From Octopus sinensis (lineage: Eukaryota), in the NCBI RefSeq assembly GCF_006345805.1, contig NC_043004.1, positions 78,864,001-78,928,000 of the forward strand: DNA of 64,000 bases, written 5' to 3'. This document shows positions 13,575 through 26,959 of this stretch, in pieces; position 1 is the stretch's first letter, and the number at the start of each line of letters is the position of its first letter. A program made the translations under genes and the position numbers. The notes beneath the pieces are model-generated. The model was given only the letters and a program-made list of their open reading frames with translations, searched no databases and was not told the origin of the DNA.

Positions 13575-15356
13575 ATTCTTCAGTAAAGAAAACCAAAGCA
13601 TTTTATGCGATAGAAAAAGATTAAAAGGAGACTGTACCCCTCTGAATTATTAACTATTATTATAAAGAATAAATTTACAATATATCTACTTTACATTTTT
13701 ATTTTATTGATTTCCGATCATGATCTGACTGATGTCTTTTTCTGAGATTAATATATCATTCAGACTAGAAATCGTAAATAATCTTCAGTTATGTTCTTGC
13801 AAAATAGTTTCTGCAGAATTTTCTACACCACATTTCAGCCTCAGGATTCTAGTCAATCCAAGACTGTGGTAGTAGACATTTGTCTCAGGTGCCTAGAATT
13901 GAAATCGAATCTGGAATTACGTGGTTCTGTATTGGACTTCTTCACCATATCTTCATTTCCACACTCTTATATCATATAACCAGTAGACACTCGAAGCAAA
14001 ATTGATCTGGACAAGGGTTTATTGTCAAACGTAAGGGGATAATATACTGCAAAGCAGTCGATAATTTCTTCCAGATCAATGCCAATTCCTGAGAAATTAT
14101 GATGTCATGAAGCCTCTGCTTATACCATAAGGTCTTGAGTTCATTTTCAGCTTCAGGCATTGCGATGTTAGTAAATATAAGATCGCTGAGGACAAGCGGT
14201 CGCCCGGTTTCAACTCCACTCGATTTTGTTTTTATAAAAGAAAATACTTGCGAATCACCTCGGTTTGTTTACCGTGTTTGAATGACCAAGTTTAGTTTCA
14301 TAACTGGAGCTGGTGTTGGGTAATACCAGTCAGGGTAAGATGTTGGTATCTAAATCTCTTTTAAATAGTTTTAAGGTTCATCTCTAGTTACTATAAACTG
14401 CTTTACAGTTTGACTACCGTTTTAATCAATATTTTTGATAACAAGACTATTGATAAAAGAAACAAAATCTTTAAAAAATTTGTAACAACCTGTTAAATAT
14501 TTTATAGTCATTTGGTTTGTATGTGAGAGAGTTAATATACTTGAGACCTATTAAAACTGCATGCAACAACATCCTGTCTTACAACAATACTCATGCCCAC
14601 TCCTTCCCTCTTAACCCTTTATTAAATAACACCAGATTGAATTGTTAAACGTAGAATGATAGATAGCTTTTTGTTGAACAAAAACAAAACGTCCCAGCTT
14701 CATGCTTTGTCAGCAGATTCTGAATCTGTACATTATTTTTCCTTGTTTTTTCCTCCTAAAAATATATCATTGCTAAGATGCTACGGAAATGACAACCAAA
14801 TGGTCTTCAGTGATTTCTTCCTTTTGTGATTGCTGTAAGGCATTGAGTGTGTATTAGAGAAGTAGTGTACTCTCTGTACACGGACTTTTTTTTTAATGAT
14901 AAACAGACAAATGATTTTAATATAAACATACCACAAAATGACTAATATGGAAGCCAATAACATCAGCAAAAATCACCAGAAAGGAAAACTTATTCAAGGA
15001 GTAAATGTGTTTTTAGGTAATAGTTACTATGTATGATTTGTTCATTACAATACCAAACAAGCTAATACTCTGAACCAGAAGAAACTATAGGATCCGTATT
15101 CGGTACCATTTTCTAACATATTAGTGTCAAATTTTGGCTCAAAACCAGAAATTTTGTGATAGGGTGCTAGTCGATTACATTGACCTCAGTGCTCAACTGG
15201 AACTTGTTTCATCGCAGGGAATTCATTCTCTGTTGTTGAAATCTTCAATAGTAAAAGAAGTTGAAAACCACATTTTGTTAAAAATATATTAAAATTAGAA
15301 ATTTAAAGAATTTTCTCGTCAGCGTAGACTTTAATAATTACTTTCTTTTAGTTATA

Positions 15357-15561
15357 GTACTCTTTCACTTGTTTCAGTCATGTGACTGCGGCCATGCTGG
15401 AGCACCACCTTTAGTCGAACAAATCGACTCCAGGACTTATTCTTTGTAAGCCTAGTACTTATTCTATCGGTCTCTTTTTGCCGCACCGCTAAGTGACGGG
15501 GACATAAACACACCGACATCGGTTGTCAAGCGATGGTGGGGGACAAACACAGACACAAACA

Positions 15562-15602
<41 letters not shown>

Positions 15603-15763
15603 CGACGAGCTTCTTTCAGTTTCCGTTTACCAAATCCACTCACAAGGCTTTGGTCGGCCCGAGGCTATAGTAGGAGACACTTGCCCAAGGTGCCACGCAG
15701 TGGGAATGAACCCAGAACCATGTGGTTGGGAAGCAAGCTTCTTACCACACAGCCACTCCTGCG
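15357..15763 (-). mobile_element. tRNA-derived SINE family B with internal microsatellite, full length
   Basis: Head GGAGTGGCTGTGTGGTAAGAAGC...GGGTTCATTCCC, CCTTGGGCAAGTGTC domain, 3' end GACTGAAACAAGT; many related copies. Confidence 0.88.
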
Positions 15764-16404
15764 TCTAATAATATACTTCGAACTAATTAAAAAGCAGCTT
15801 CCTTCATTAGAGTATAAAACAATTCTGGATTATATTAATCACAGTGGAATCAATATTTAGTCCTGTGTATTAATCCAACACTAGATCAATATCTTAATAT
15901 CTGACGTGAATCATCGATCTCTTGACAAATGGAAGAAATCTCACAACTCGGTTAGTTGTGTCTCTTGAAAGTGTTTGTGATGGTGTATGCGTGTGAGTGG
16001 GGCGGAGGAACGGCACATGGAAATATGGAATGAACGAAATTTTAAGCAAAAGAATGGTCAGATTCCACTTATTACCGATACCGTTGTAACCGTTGTATGA
16101 TTTGTCTAATGGTTGGATGGTTGTCGGCTCGGCTAAGCTATTTCCATTTTATCGGGTGCGGTGGGCGTGTGGGTACGAAGCAGAATTTAAAATTTGATCT
16201 TTCAAATGATCAAAGATACTCGCGGTGAAAACAACTATCAAGCATACTTGGAGAGAGACAAGTACTGTTGAGTTATCTGCCCATGAAAACATATAATACC
16301 GTGAAGACTTCTGGTCTAATTTGGATTTGCATTTTGGATTGACTTGAAAATGTTAGTGAAAAAAATATAATTTTAGAATCTCATGAAGGAGAAATACAAC
16401 AGTG

Positions 16405-16612
16405 GTTTCAAATTTTGGTACAAGGCCAGGAAATTTAGGGATGGTGGTGGTAAATCAACTACATCAATCTCAGTGGTCAGCTGGCACTTATTATATCGAT
16501 TCCGAAAGGATAAAAGGCCAAATCGAACTCGTTGCAATTTGAATTCAGAATGTATAACAACGGGAATAAATGCCGCTAAGCTTTTGCTCGACACGTTAAC
16601 GATTCTCGCCCT
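16405..16612 (-). mobile_element. SINE family A, diverged
   Basis: Reverse-complement similarity to the family A head and body. Confidence 0.7.
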
Positions 16613-16694
16613 TTAATGAGAGAAAAAAATTAAAATAGAGAGACTTATATAGAAATATTAGTTTTAAATTTATTCAATCTTATGCTGTTGATGT

Positions 16695-17002
16695 CTTACG
16701 CCGAACCGCTAAGTCACGAGGATATAAACCAATACCGGTTGTCAAGCGATGGTGCAAGACGAGCACATAGCCACACAAACACACACAAACACACACACAC
16801 GCACACACAGACAAGCACACGCTCATACACATATATATACACACAAGTATAGGACGGGCTTCTTTCAGTTTCTGTCTATCAAATCCACTAACATTGTGTC
16901 GGCCCGGCACAATACAAGAAGACACTTGCCCAAGATACCACGCAGGGAACTGAACCCAGAACCATGTAGTTGGGAAGCAAATTTCTTATCACACAGCCTC
17001 AC
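16695..17002 (-). mobile_element. SINE family B, partial
   Basis: Matches 15357-15763. Confidence 0.8.
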
Positions 17003-17182
17003 CTTTGCTGTTTCTAGCTGAGTCGCTCCGTCGATTTTAAAGAAATGATCAACTTTAATTGATATTTCGCCACGTCTCATTTACATGATCACCATTTTGT
17101 GAAGATATGAAAGAGAATAGGGTCTAACCCTCTTGAAACTTTACTCAATTGGCCGCTATAAGTATAATATTTATACAAATAA

Positions 17183-17408
17183 GGCGGCGAGCTGGCAAAA
17201 ACGTTAGCACGCCGGGCGAAATGCGTATTTCGTCTGCGGATTTCGGTCTGAGTTCAAATTCCGCCGAGGTCAACTTTGCCTTTCATCCTTTCGGGGTCTA
17301 TTAAATAAGTACCAGTTAATCACTGGGGTCGATGTAATCGACTTAATCCGTTTGTCTGTCCTTGTTTGTCCCCTCTGTGTGTAGCCCCTTGTGGGCAATA
17401 AAGAAATA
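17183..17408 (+). mobile_element. SINE family A with 24-bp TSD
   Basis: TATAAGTATAATATTTATACAAAT at 17157-17180 and 17409-17432; B box GAGTTCAAATTCC; GCCTTTCATCCTTTCGGGGTC domain. Confidence 0.92.
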
Positions 17409-17981
17409 TATAAGTATAATATTTATACAAATGACGGGAAGATTGAAAAATTGTGTAATATATAAACGGTACAAGGCTAGGTTGAGCAATGAAATTGATT
17501 CACAAAAACAGAAGCTAAACAACAATGTTAGAAATGGTATGCGAAAAACAGAACAGAGTAGTATAGAGTAGAGGAGGTCGTTTATAAGGAAGTGCTTTAT
17601 TCAAACACTATGACATCTGGGTTCGATTCACACTTTTCAATGGAATAAAATGCGTCAGTTTCCGTTTGACAGTTAAGTACTCGAAGAACTGCATTTTTAG
17701 CGGTTTACTAAATGTCATTAGGTGATTACACCCGACATAGAAGGAGTATGTACTTAGAAAGAGAACCATCTGTGATCGTAAGTTATTTTGTTTAATTTTA
17801 GAAGATGTTAGATTAATGTTGTTCCACTCATCACCAGCCGTGACATGTTCAACGTAGTGCTTCAGTTCAAGATTTTACCAAGAAAATTTCATTCGCGATT
17901 TTTTTAAAGGCATTTTTGCATTTTGTTCATAAATTTATCACATGAACATTCATAGGCGTTTCTCGTATATACATACATACA

Positions 17982-18061
<80 letters not shown>

Positions 18062-18062
18062 T

Positions 18063-18130
<68 letters not shown>

Positions 18131-18143
18131 AATATATATATAT

Positions 18144-18187
<44 letters not shown>

Positions 18188-18537
18188 TATATATATATAT
18201 ACAAATGCGCACGTAGGTATATACATTTCTATCTATATGTATACAAGCATGCATCTCTCTTTCTCTTTGTATATATATATACATACACACACACACATAT
18301 ATATATATTTCTTGAATTTTGTTCAGTCGTAGTGTACCTCTTCCAAATTTTGTACTCAATACATGATATAAATATAGAGATTTATATTCATTTATTCATT
18401 TAAACTCGGTCAATTGTCTTTCAAATTGCAATGTTTACCGGATGCAAACAATTGGCTTAACCGGACGCCTAACAACAAAATAACACTCACACACAAACGC
18501 ACTCGCATATATGTATATATGATATATCAGCATATAA

Positions 18538-18768
18538 GACGGCGAACTGGCAGAAACGTTAGCTCGCCGGGCGAAATGCGTCGTCGTATTTCGTCTGCCG
18601 TTACGTTCTGAGTTCAAATTCCGACGAAGTCGACTTTGCCTTTCATCCTTTCGGGGTCGATAAATTAAGTACCAGTTACGCACTGGGATTGATGTAATCG
18701 AATTAATCCGTTTGTCTGTCCTTGTTTGTCCCCTCTATGTTTAACCCTTTGTAGGCAATAAAGAAATA
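18538..18768 (+). mobile_element. SINE family A with ~16-bp TSD
   Basis: TATATGATATATCAGC on both sides. Confidence 0.9.
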
Positions 18769-19219
18769 TATATCTTTATATGATATATCAGCTTATGTAT
18801 GTGTGTATGTATGAAAGTATACGTACGTTGCAATAAACTCACGACTGTGTTTAAGTATTATATTTTTGTTTTTTATTTTAGGTTTTTCATATTTTCAAGT
18901 TTTTTTTAGTGTTGAAGAATAAGATTCCTAAGTTGATATTCAACGTTTCTAGATCATCATAATCTCATTTCCCACAAACCGAATGAACTTTCATATTTTG
19001 GTTCAATTCATCTAAGTCTTTCTGCAAAATGTTTTTGACCGCCAGGCTTCAAATTCAGTAAACCCGTATTTGTTTTGTAGAAGATACTCGTATGAAAGCC
19101 CAAACAGTCTGCAATTTATATACGATATCTAAATATATATGATTTAGCTTGATAAGTTACATTGAAAAAGCGACAACTAAACTCATATCTAAACGATAAT
19201 AACTATATAATAATAATGC

Positions 19220-19269
<50 letters not shown>

Positions 19270-19290
19270 GTAATAATAATAATAATAATA

Positions 19291-19331
<41 letters not shown>

Positions 19332-19631
19332 ACCGTGGTCAACCAGGCCATCAGATGTTGCTACACATCGCTGGTCACAATGTGCTTCGCATTGTTTTCG
19401 CCTTCAAATGACGGCACCCCCGCTGGCTAAGCGAGCAGGTCAACAGAAGAAAGAATGAGAGAAAGTTGTGGCGAAAGAGTACGGGAGGGATCGCCACCGC
19501 CCCCTGCCGGAGCTTCGTGGAGCTATAGGTGTTTTTCGCTCAATAAACACTCACAACACCCGGTCTGGGAATCGAAACCGCGATCCTACGAACGCGAGTC
19601 CGCTGCCCTAACCACTGGGCCATTGCGCCTT
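19332..19631 (-). mobile_element. SINE family C
   Basis: Near-identical to 12330-12615. Confidence 0.88.
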
Positions 19632-19647
19632 CACACACACACACACG

Positions 19648-19685
<38 letters not shown>

Positions 19686-19689
<4 letters not shown>

Positions 19690-19935
19690 CCCCGATTAAA
19701 GCGACATTTAACTGAAAGATGTTGAGCTAACTCCAGCTAGAATCGAACCCACAAATCAAATTGTGCGTCCGATTGAGGCAGAACACTCACCCATAAATTT
19801 CCGTCAAATTTTATGCATTGATACTTAACTGCTTAGAACTGCATATAATATTTGTAAACAAACCCAGAGGCTTGATAAGTTATTTATAATTGTTATTGAA
19901 ATTGTTTAGAAAAATGTCGCTTTAATCGGAGTATG
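19686..19935. mobile_element. MITE with ~24-bp TIRs and TA flanks (Tc1/mariner-type)
   Basis: ATAC(C/T)CCGATTAAAGCGACATTT inverted at both ends. Confidence 0.75.
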
Positions 19936-19959
19936 TATAACATTGTTATGATACATTTG

Positions 19960-20252
19960 TTGTTTGTTCCTTCTCGAGCCTTGCCTGGCTCATAAAGGCC
20001 AGTTTCCTGGTTTCATTGGTGTATAGGTTTGCTACCTAGACGGGACGCCGGTCCCTCGCACGTGAGCTGCTAGATGCAGGAAGAAAGAGTGAAAGAAGGT
20101 TGTGGAGAAAGAGTCAGCAGAAGTTCGCCATTACCTTCAACTCGAACCGCGTGGAGCTTAGGTGTCTCGCTCATAAACTCAAACATCACCCGGTCTGAGA
20201 TTCGAACCCGCGATTCCTCGACCGCGAGTCAGCTACTCTAATCACTAGGCCA
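19960..20252 (-). mobile_element. SINE family C-related, diverged
   Basis: GAGATTCGAACCCGCGATTCCTCGACCGCGAGTC is the reverse complement of a tRNA-like head. Confidence 0.75.
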
Positions 20253-20517
20253 TATGCCCCTACAATTTTCATAAGAACATCAATATATTTGTCGAGTAAC
20301 CGAAAGAGCCTCTTGCGCACTCGCTCAACAAAGTTACCTCATATTCCACGCCGCTGTCTTTAAAAAATAATAAGACTTATGAATATTAGTTCGTTTCTTT
20401 CCACTGTTATTTGAATTAATACGAAAAATGCTTTTATCGTCGTGTTTTATGCTTTTCTGTAGCTCTATACCTTCTCCACAACTTTTTGTTTATCGTTTCC
20501 AAAATATGACAAATTTT

Positions 20518-20935
20518 GGATCTTTGCGGTTTGAACGGCAGTTTTTTTCTAGCGGTGTAATATGAAATTGTCACCCATAATTATGACCCTAGTATTGATC
20601 TATTGCATTTCAATCTGTTTTAGGGTTAGGGTTAGGGGTGGGGGAAGGGTATCTATTTTTCTTCAGAAATGTAAATAAACCCAATCTGTTTCTTAAACGA
20701 GGGACATATTCATACAGCACAGAATGTTTTCACCTTAATTAGACGTCATTGATTGGTTGAAATTGCAGAAATTGAAGAAAAACAACAACAAATATCTTAC
20801 AAACTATAGAATTTCTCAATAAACCCAAGAGAAAAAGTTGTTTTATAAACACATTCTACCTGTATACGAAGTTTAAAAGTGTTTAGTTACGTGGAAATTA
20901 TTTTTAAAAAACTGCCGTTCAAACCGAAAACATCC
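20518..20935. mobile_element. MITE with 30-bp TIRs, 8-bp TSD and internal (TTAGGG)3
   Basis: TIR GGATCTTTGCGGTTTGAACGGCAGTTTTTT versus GGATGTTTTCGGTTTGAACGGCAGTTTTTT; CAAATTTT at 20510-17 and 20936-43. Confidence 0.9.
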
Positions 20936-21382
20936 CAAATTTTAACTCTTTTAAAGCATAAGACGATGGAGAGTTAAGTAGCGAAATACCGAACGAATTT
21001 ATCTGAGAAACCAATACATTGAATAAAAACAGGGTGATTACAGTATGTTAGTAGAACGACGAAATGCTCACAGTTGCATATAATTCTGATCATAGCTCTC
21101 TCGGATCAGTGCTAACTTTGGGATAAACAACAACACAACGAACAACATCAATTCGTGATGAGTGAGTAGAATAAATTCTAACGTTTGGATATCATTTTAG
21201 CAGATGCAAAACATTCCCTTGAAAAAACAAACTATATTCCTGTCTAGACATTCATGGGGGCAAAGAGTAAACTTAACAAATTGCCCCAGGTGTTGACTTG
21301 TCTAATGGATTAAATGCAGACCACCGCCATATTGATGGTGTCGACAAAATATTCTCATGTAATATTTTCCTAAAGACACAGA

Positions 21383-21515
<133 letters not shown>

Positions 21516-21633
21516 ATATGTATATATGTACTTATACAAACATACGTATGGATGTACATACGCATCTATCTATCTGTCAACCTATTTATGTGTATGCATA
21601 TGTATGTAGTAATCCCAGGAAAACGCAATTATA

Positions 21634-21702
<69 letters not shown>

Positions 21703-21757
21703 TATCAAAAAGAAGTTTGAAAACGCTACTATATAAGATAAATTTTAATTTTCTTAG

Positions 21758-21807
21758 AAATTTTACGTGTTTCGGTTCTTGAAAAAACGAACCTTATCAA
21801 AAATATT
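21758..21807 (-). ncRNA. Hammerhead-like motif, U3-A8 variant (GUA site)
   Basis: AATATTT-TTGATAA-GGTTC(10 nt)GAACC-GAAA-CACG-TA-AAATTT: perfect 5-bp stem II, weak AT stem I; insert flanked by (TA)n. Confidence 0.55.
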
Positions 21808-21974
21808 AAAAAAAGTTAAGTGTAATAAAAAAGTTCATAATTGTTTCTTACTGGTCTCAACAGAATCCACGTGGTGGTTTTTTGTGGGGAGAAAGCATAA
21901 TAGCTGTCTTATGACCAGTGGCCGAAATGGCAGTAGCCATATATATATATGTGTGTGTGTGTGTGGGTGTGTAT

Positions 21975-22396
21975 ATACTCTTTTACTCTTTTACTTGTAT
22001 CAGTCATTTGACTGCAGCCACGCTGGAGCACTGCCTTAAAGGGTGTTAGTCGAAGAAATCGTCCACAGGACTTATCCGTTGTAATTCTAGTACTTATTCT
22101 ATCGGTCCCTTTTGCCGAACCGCGAAGATACGGGAGACATAAGCATACCAGCATCGGTCGTGAAGTGATAGCGGACACACACAGACACAGACACACACAC
22201 ACGCACACATACTAATATATACATTTGATAGATCGGTAACCACTACACACATTTTTTCTCTCCTTGTTTCTTTCTCTGTTCCTTTCTGTGGAAGAGCGTA
22301 GGCTTGGAACGTTAAAGACTTTTCCAATTCCCGAGCGTTATACTAATACATCTGTTTGTTTTCTACACCACCTGTCTTCGTCTTTTGTCTTTTTCG

Positions 22397-22445
<49 letters not shown>

Positions 22446-22595
22446 CAACAGGCTTCTTTCAGTTTTCGTCTACAAAATCCACTTACAAGGCTTTGGTCAG
22501 CCCTACGGTTGTAGTAGAAGACATTCGCCCAAGGTGCCACGCAGTGGGACTGAACCTAGAAACATGTGGTTGGGAAGCAGCTTCTTATCACATAG

Positions 22596-22598
<3 letters not shown>
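21975..22598 (-). mobile_element. SINE family B with an extra insert (~22215-22400) in its internal microsatellite
   Basis: 3' part 21975-22190 and head 22447-22598 match 15357-15763. Confidence 0.8.
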
Positions 22599-22641
<43 letters not shown>

Positions 22642-23573
22642 GCGTGCGTTTGTGTGTGTATGTCTATGTATATATATTTGTATATATACTTGTATGTATC
22701 TCTATGTATATATACATTTATACGCACACGCACGCACATACACACACACAAACGCACGCACACACACACGTATGGATTTTTACTTACAGGCGTGAGGGAA
22801 AGGTACTCCAAATTTATGTTAGAGTATATAAGTACAATAATTATTGTACTTATATATATATATATATATATATATACAAAATAGGACAAGAACGCAAAAC
22901 ATCCGGGCAGTTAGGTAATATAAAAATGGGACAACAAAACATCCAGATAGACGATACAAAGAAAACAAGGACGGGTCATTCGAAGTTTTCTTTCCTCAGT
23001 CGAGTACCGCACATAGACACACAGATTTCCATTATTTTATGTAACATATATCTTTAATTTTATATTTTGTATCTCCAGTCAGGAACCTACGATGCTCACG
23101 AAACCACAATATCTCGGTATGCCATTTATATTGATTTCCAAAGATGTCAAACATAACTTTTCAAATATTCAGAACTGTTACATCTTTATTTCGTAAAAAC
23201 TAAAAGTAATTTGCATGAAATCTATTGACGTGCCATCAAATTTGAACAACTTTTTGTGTTTCTCTCATCTTCTGATATTATTTCACTCTTTTGTGGTATT
23301 CGTTCTGGCTCTTCACGTTCTGAGTTCAAACCCCGCTGAGGTAATTTTTATCTTTCCTCCCTCCGATGTCGATGAAAGAAAAAGCCAGTAAAGTACTGCG
23401 TTCGATATAATGGACCTGCCACCAACCCTCAAAATTACTGGCTTAGATCAGAAACCTTAAAAGGAAAACTTACAAGTTGAAACGTCAGAACAACGTAGAA
23501 AGTTTGAGTTGAATTTGTTCCGAGTCTTTGCGCATGAGTTGAAAATCACCCTGATCAGCTTTGCCTTTCATCC

Positions 23574-23635
<62 letters not shown>

Positions 23636-24034
23636 GGTGACAATGTGGCAGAATTGTTAGCACGCCGGGCGAAATGCTTAGCGGTATTTCGTCTGCCGTT
23701 ACGCTCTGAGTTCAAATTCCGCCGAGGTCGACTTTGCCTTTCATCCTTTCGCGGTCGATTAAATAAGTACCAGTAACGTACTGGGGTCGATGTAATCGAC
23801 TTAATCCGTTTGTCTGTCCTTGTTTGTCCGCTCTGTGTTTAGCCCCTTGTGGGTAGTAAAGAAATAGGTATTTCACTCGTCGTTACGTTCTGAGTTCAAA
23901 TTTCGCCGAGGTCGACTTTGCCTTTCATTCTTTCAGGGTCGATAAATTAAGTACCAGTTGCGTAATGGGGTCTATGTAATCGAATAGCCCCCCCCCCCAA
24001 AGTTTCAGGCCTTGTGCCTTTAGTAGAAAGGATT
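23636..24034 (+). mobile_element. SINE family A, dimeric form
   Basis: B box plus central domain repeated at ~23700 and ~23885; lies between (ATT)n tracts. Confidence 0.88.
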
Positions 24035-25379
24035 ATTATTATTATTACTTCTTTTTCTAACCCCAACCCCCTATATTTGTTGGCAACATCACTTGTGAAT
24101 CTGGCTTCATTTATCTTAATTTGTGTCTTTAAGTTCTCGACTTTTCCTAGAATTCATTATTTTTTTCTTTCTGTATTTTCTTTTCTTTCAGGCTTAAAAA
24201 TATGTTTCCATTCTCTCTCTCCTCCCTTACTTTTTTCCATTTCCTTTTCCTTTTCCTGCGGTACTATTGTTGTTCCCATTCTCTGTGTCTGTTCACTTCT
24301 CTTTACTGCGGTACTCTTTCTTATGTTGCTATATCTTCTAATGCACTTGGCTGCTATTATTTACCTCTTACAATTTTGATATGAAGAATCGTGAAGTAGT
24401 AGCAAACAAACGGTAACATCACTTAATAATTATTATTTAACCATTAACATTGAATTTAGATGTCTATCAAGACATAATCATACGCCGTGAAACTTGCGCT
24501 TCATGATTAACGAGCAGATTATATGCTTTTAAAGGCTCCAGATTAAGCAAGAAAACAAGAAAAACAAAAAAGAACGTTAGCAGGAAGACAGGCGACAGAA
24601 AGAGAGGTTGAAGGAGAGTAAGACTCAAGGATATGAGAAGAATTTGAGATTATATTTGAAACGTTGATAATAAATATATAGGTAACTAGATTGATACATG
24701 AATATCAATAGGTAATGATAGATAAATACATGGTTTGATAAAGACATGGACGTGTTGTAAAGATACGGGCAGAAGTGTAAGTCGCTCATATCTTTATAAC
24801 ACGTCGATAGAATGAAGAGGAACTAGTTATTGTTTGTAACGGTACTGAGTTATACAGTGAACAAGTGTGAGAAAAAAGTATTTTGCCATGTTTGTTGTAT
24901 AACAAAAAGGTCGGTTTTTTTTTCCGTGGGTAGGTAGGCTATGTATTACTAATACCTGCAGCAACTTGACACAATAAATACGTACAGAAACTGAAGTGAG
25001 ATAGGAATGTTATATGGTAATGTCGAAAAATAAATTGATCAAAACCGTATGGGAGAAAGAGATAAGTAGATAAGGAAAAGAGCTACTTTGATGTAATATT
25101 TTTATTTTCTGAGAATGAATATTAAAAAAGGAAGCTATTTCGACTGTTCTCTTACAACCCCTTCTTGCATACATTTATAATACAAATATATATTTATTTT
25201 CTCTGTGTAACCCATTTTTCTCCCTCAGACAAACAGGCCAACCCCATCCAATATATGGGCATAAGACCAACCAAACGAGCTGGATGGCAGGGAAATCATC
25301 AAGCGCTATCCATAACTCTCAGCGTCTCAGTATTACTAATGATATCCTATAATAAATATAGTAACATTATTCGAAGAAA

Positions 25380-25753
25380 TGCGTTGCCGTATTTCGTCTG
25401 CCGTTACGTTCTGAGTTTAAATTCCGCTGAGGTCGACTTTGCCTTTCTTCCTTTCGGGGTCGATAAATTAAGTACCAGTTACGCACTGGGGTCGATATAA
25501 TCGTCTTAATACTTTTGTCTGTCTTTGTTTGTCTCCTTTGTGTTTAGCCCTTTGTGTGTAGTAAAGAAATAGGTATTTCGTCTGCCGTTATGTTCTGAGT
25601 TCAAATTCCGCCGAGGTCGACTTTGCCTTTCATCCTTTCGGGGTCGATATATTAAGTACCAGTTACGCACTGAGGTCGATGTAATCGACTTAATCCCTTT
25701 GTCTGTCCTTGTTTGTCCACTCTATGTTTAGCCCCTTGTGGGCAATAAAGAAA
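25380..25753 (+). mobile_element. SINE family A, dimeric, 5' truncated
   Basis: Two ~185-bp units; ATTATTCG duplicated at the flanks. Confidence 0.88.
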
Positions 25754-26743
25754 TTATTATTCGCAGAAATGGTAGAAAAAGACAAGTTTATTTTATAGTA
25801 TTTTGTTTTAGCTCTTAAGTTATGAGTTCAAAGGAAGCTGACTTCATCTTTCATCTGTTTCATCTTCATAAAATAAATACCAATAATAATATTTAGTAGA
25901 ACTAGTTGGCTATAATTTTTCTGAAACCTTGATTTTATATCGAGTTATAATTAAAAGGACCGAAACTGTTCCCGAAGCCTCTCGTTGCTGATATTTCGTT
26001 CTTCCAAACAATTTGTAGCAAATTATGCACATAATCACCAGGTGTAAATTCCTCCCCGATCATTCCACCCATCAACATGATTGATTCTGACGATGAGCTT
26101 GCTATCCCCCTCAAACAACGTGTTCACCAAATTACTCTCATTCGCATTAAAAATTTCAGTCTTTCTCTCTCTTAAAAAATAACACGATTAAAGCTGCAGG
26201 TGTCATCACTTCTTATATTACAAAGGTAATGGAAGCTCTGGTCGATGTCACCTCTTTTATCACCTTGAATGTGTCTCTCCTGTCAGCAACCATCCATACA
26301 TTTCCCATAAAGCCAGATTTACTGAGGATCGGCTTTTAGTGCGTCACACACCAGTAGACTTTCACTTTTGAGAATGTCCACATCAGCAACACTTTCACAA
26401 TATCTGGTAGGAGAACATTCGAACGAAGTTTCCCAGCAATGGGCGTCCCGTCGATCACTCTTGGATTGAACGTTACACTTCAGATCACTCTGTAAACAAT
26501 CTGATACGAAACATCGAGTGTGATTGCGAATAATTTCCAACTCATTTTTTAAACACAGACGCACGCACGCACGCACGCACGCACGCACACACACATACGT
26601 GTGCGCGCCAGACATACAATCTACTGCTATGAAGAATGATCTTCCCTTATTTCCTTGATGCTCTTGGGAAATAATGAACGTCCCGACATCTCTTTCCCTT
26701 GGCTCAGAAGTTCTTTGTTTCGTACCGAAAACAGATTAATATT

Positions 26744-26959
26744 TATTTCTTTATTGGCCACAGGGGGCTAAACATAGAGGGGACAAACAAGGACAGACAA
26801 ACGGATTAAGTCGATTACATCGACCCCAGTGCGTAACTGGTACTTAGTTAATCGACCCCGAAAGGATGAAAGGCAAAGTCGACCTCGGCGGAATTTGAAC
26901 TCAGAACGTAACGGTAGACGAAATACCGCTAAGCATTTCGCCCGGCGTGCTAACAATTC
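26744..26959 (-). mobile_element. SINE family A
   Basis: Reverse complement of family A. Confidence 0.9.

Noticed and set aside
14060-14260. Possible Tc1/mariner SPDLNPLDF-like remnant
   Set aside because: It needs a frameshift and substitutions within nine codons; no TIR found
20620-20637. (TTAGGG)3 as a chromosome end or fusion relic
   Set aside because: It lies inside a TIR- and TSD-bounded MITE
22282-22320. Hammerhead-like CTGTGGAAGAGC-GTAG-GCTTGGAACGTT
   Set aside because: Both core strands are mutated; too degenerate to call
22960-23002. Minus-strand CTGAGGA-AAGAAAACTTC-GAATGACCCGTC
   Set aside because: GAAA is incomplete and there is no convincing stem I
26319-26615. 98-aa Cys-containing minus-strand ORF
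   Set aside because: It starts in a (GCAC)n repeat and has no recognisable domain; kept only as a possible non-coding exon
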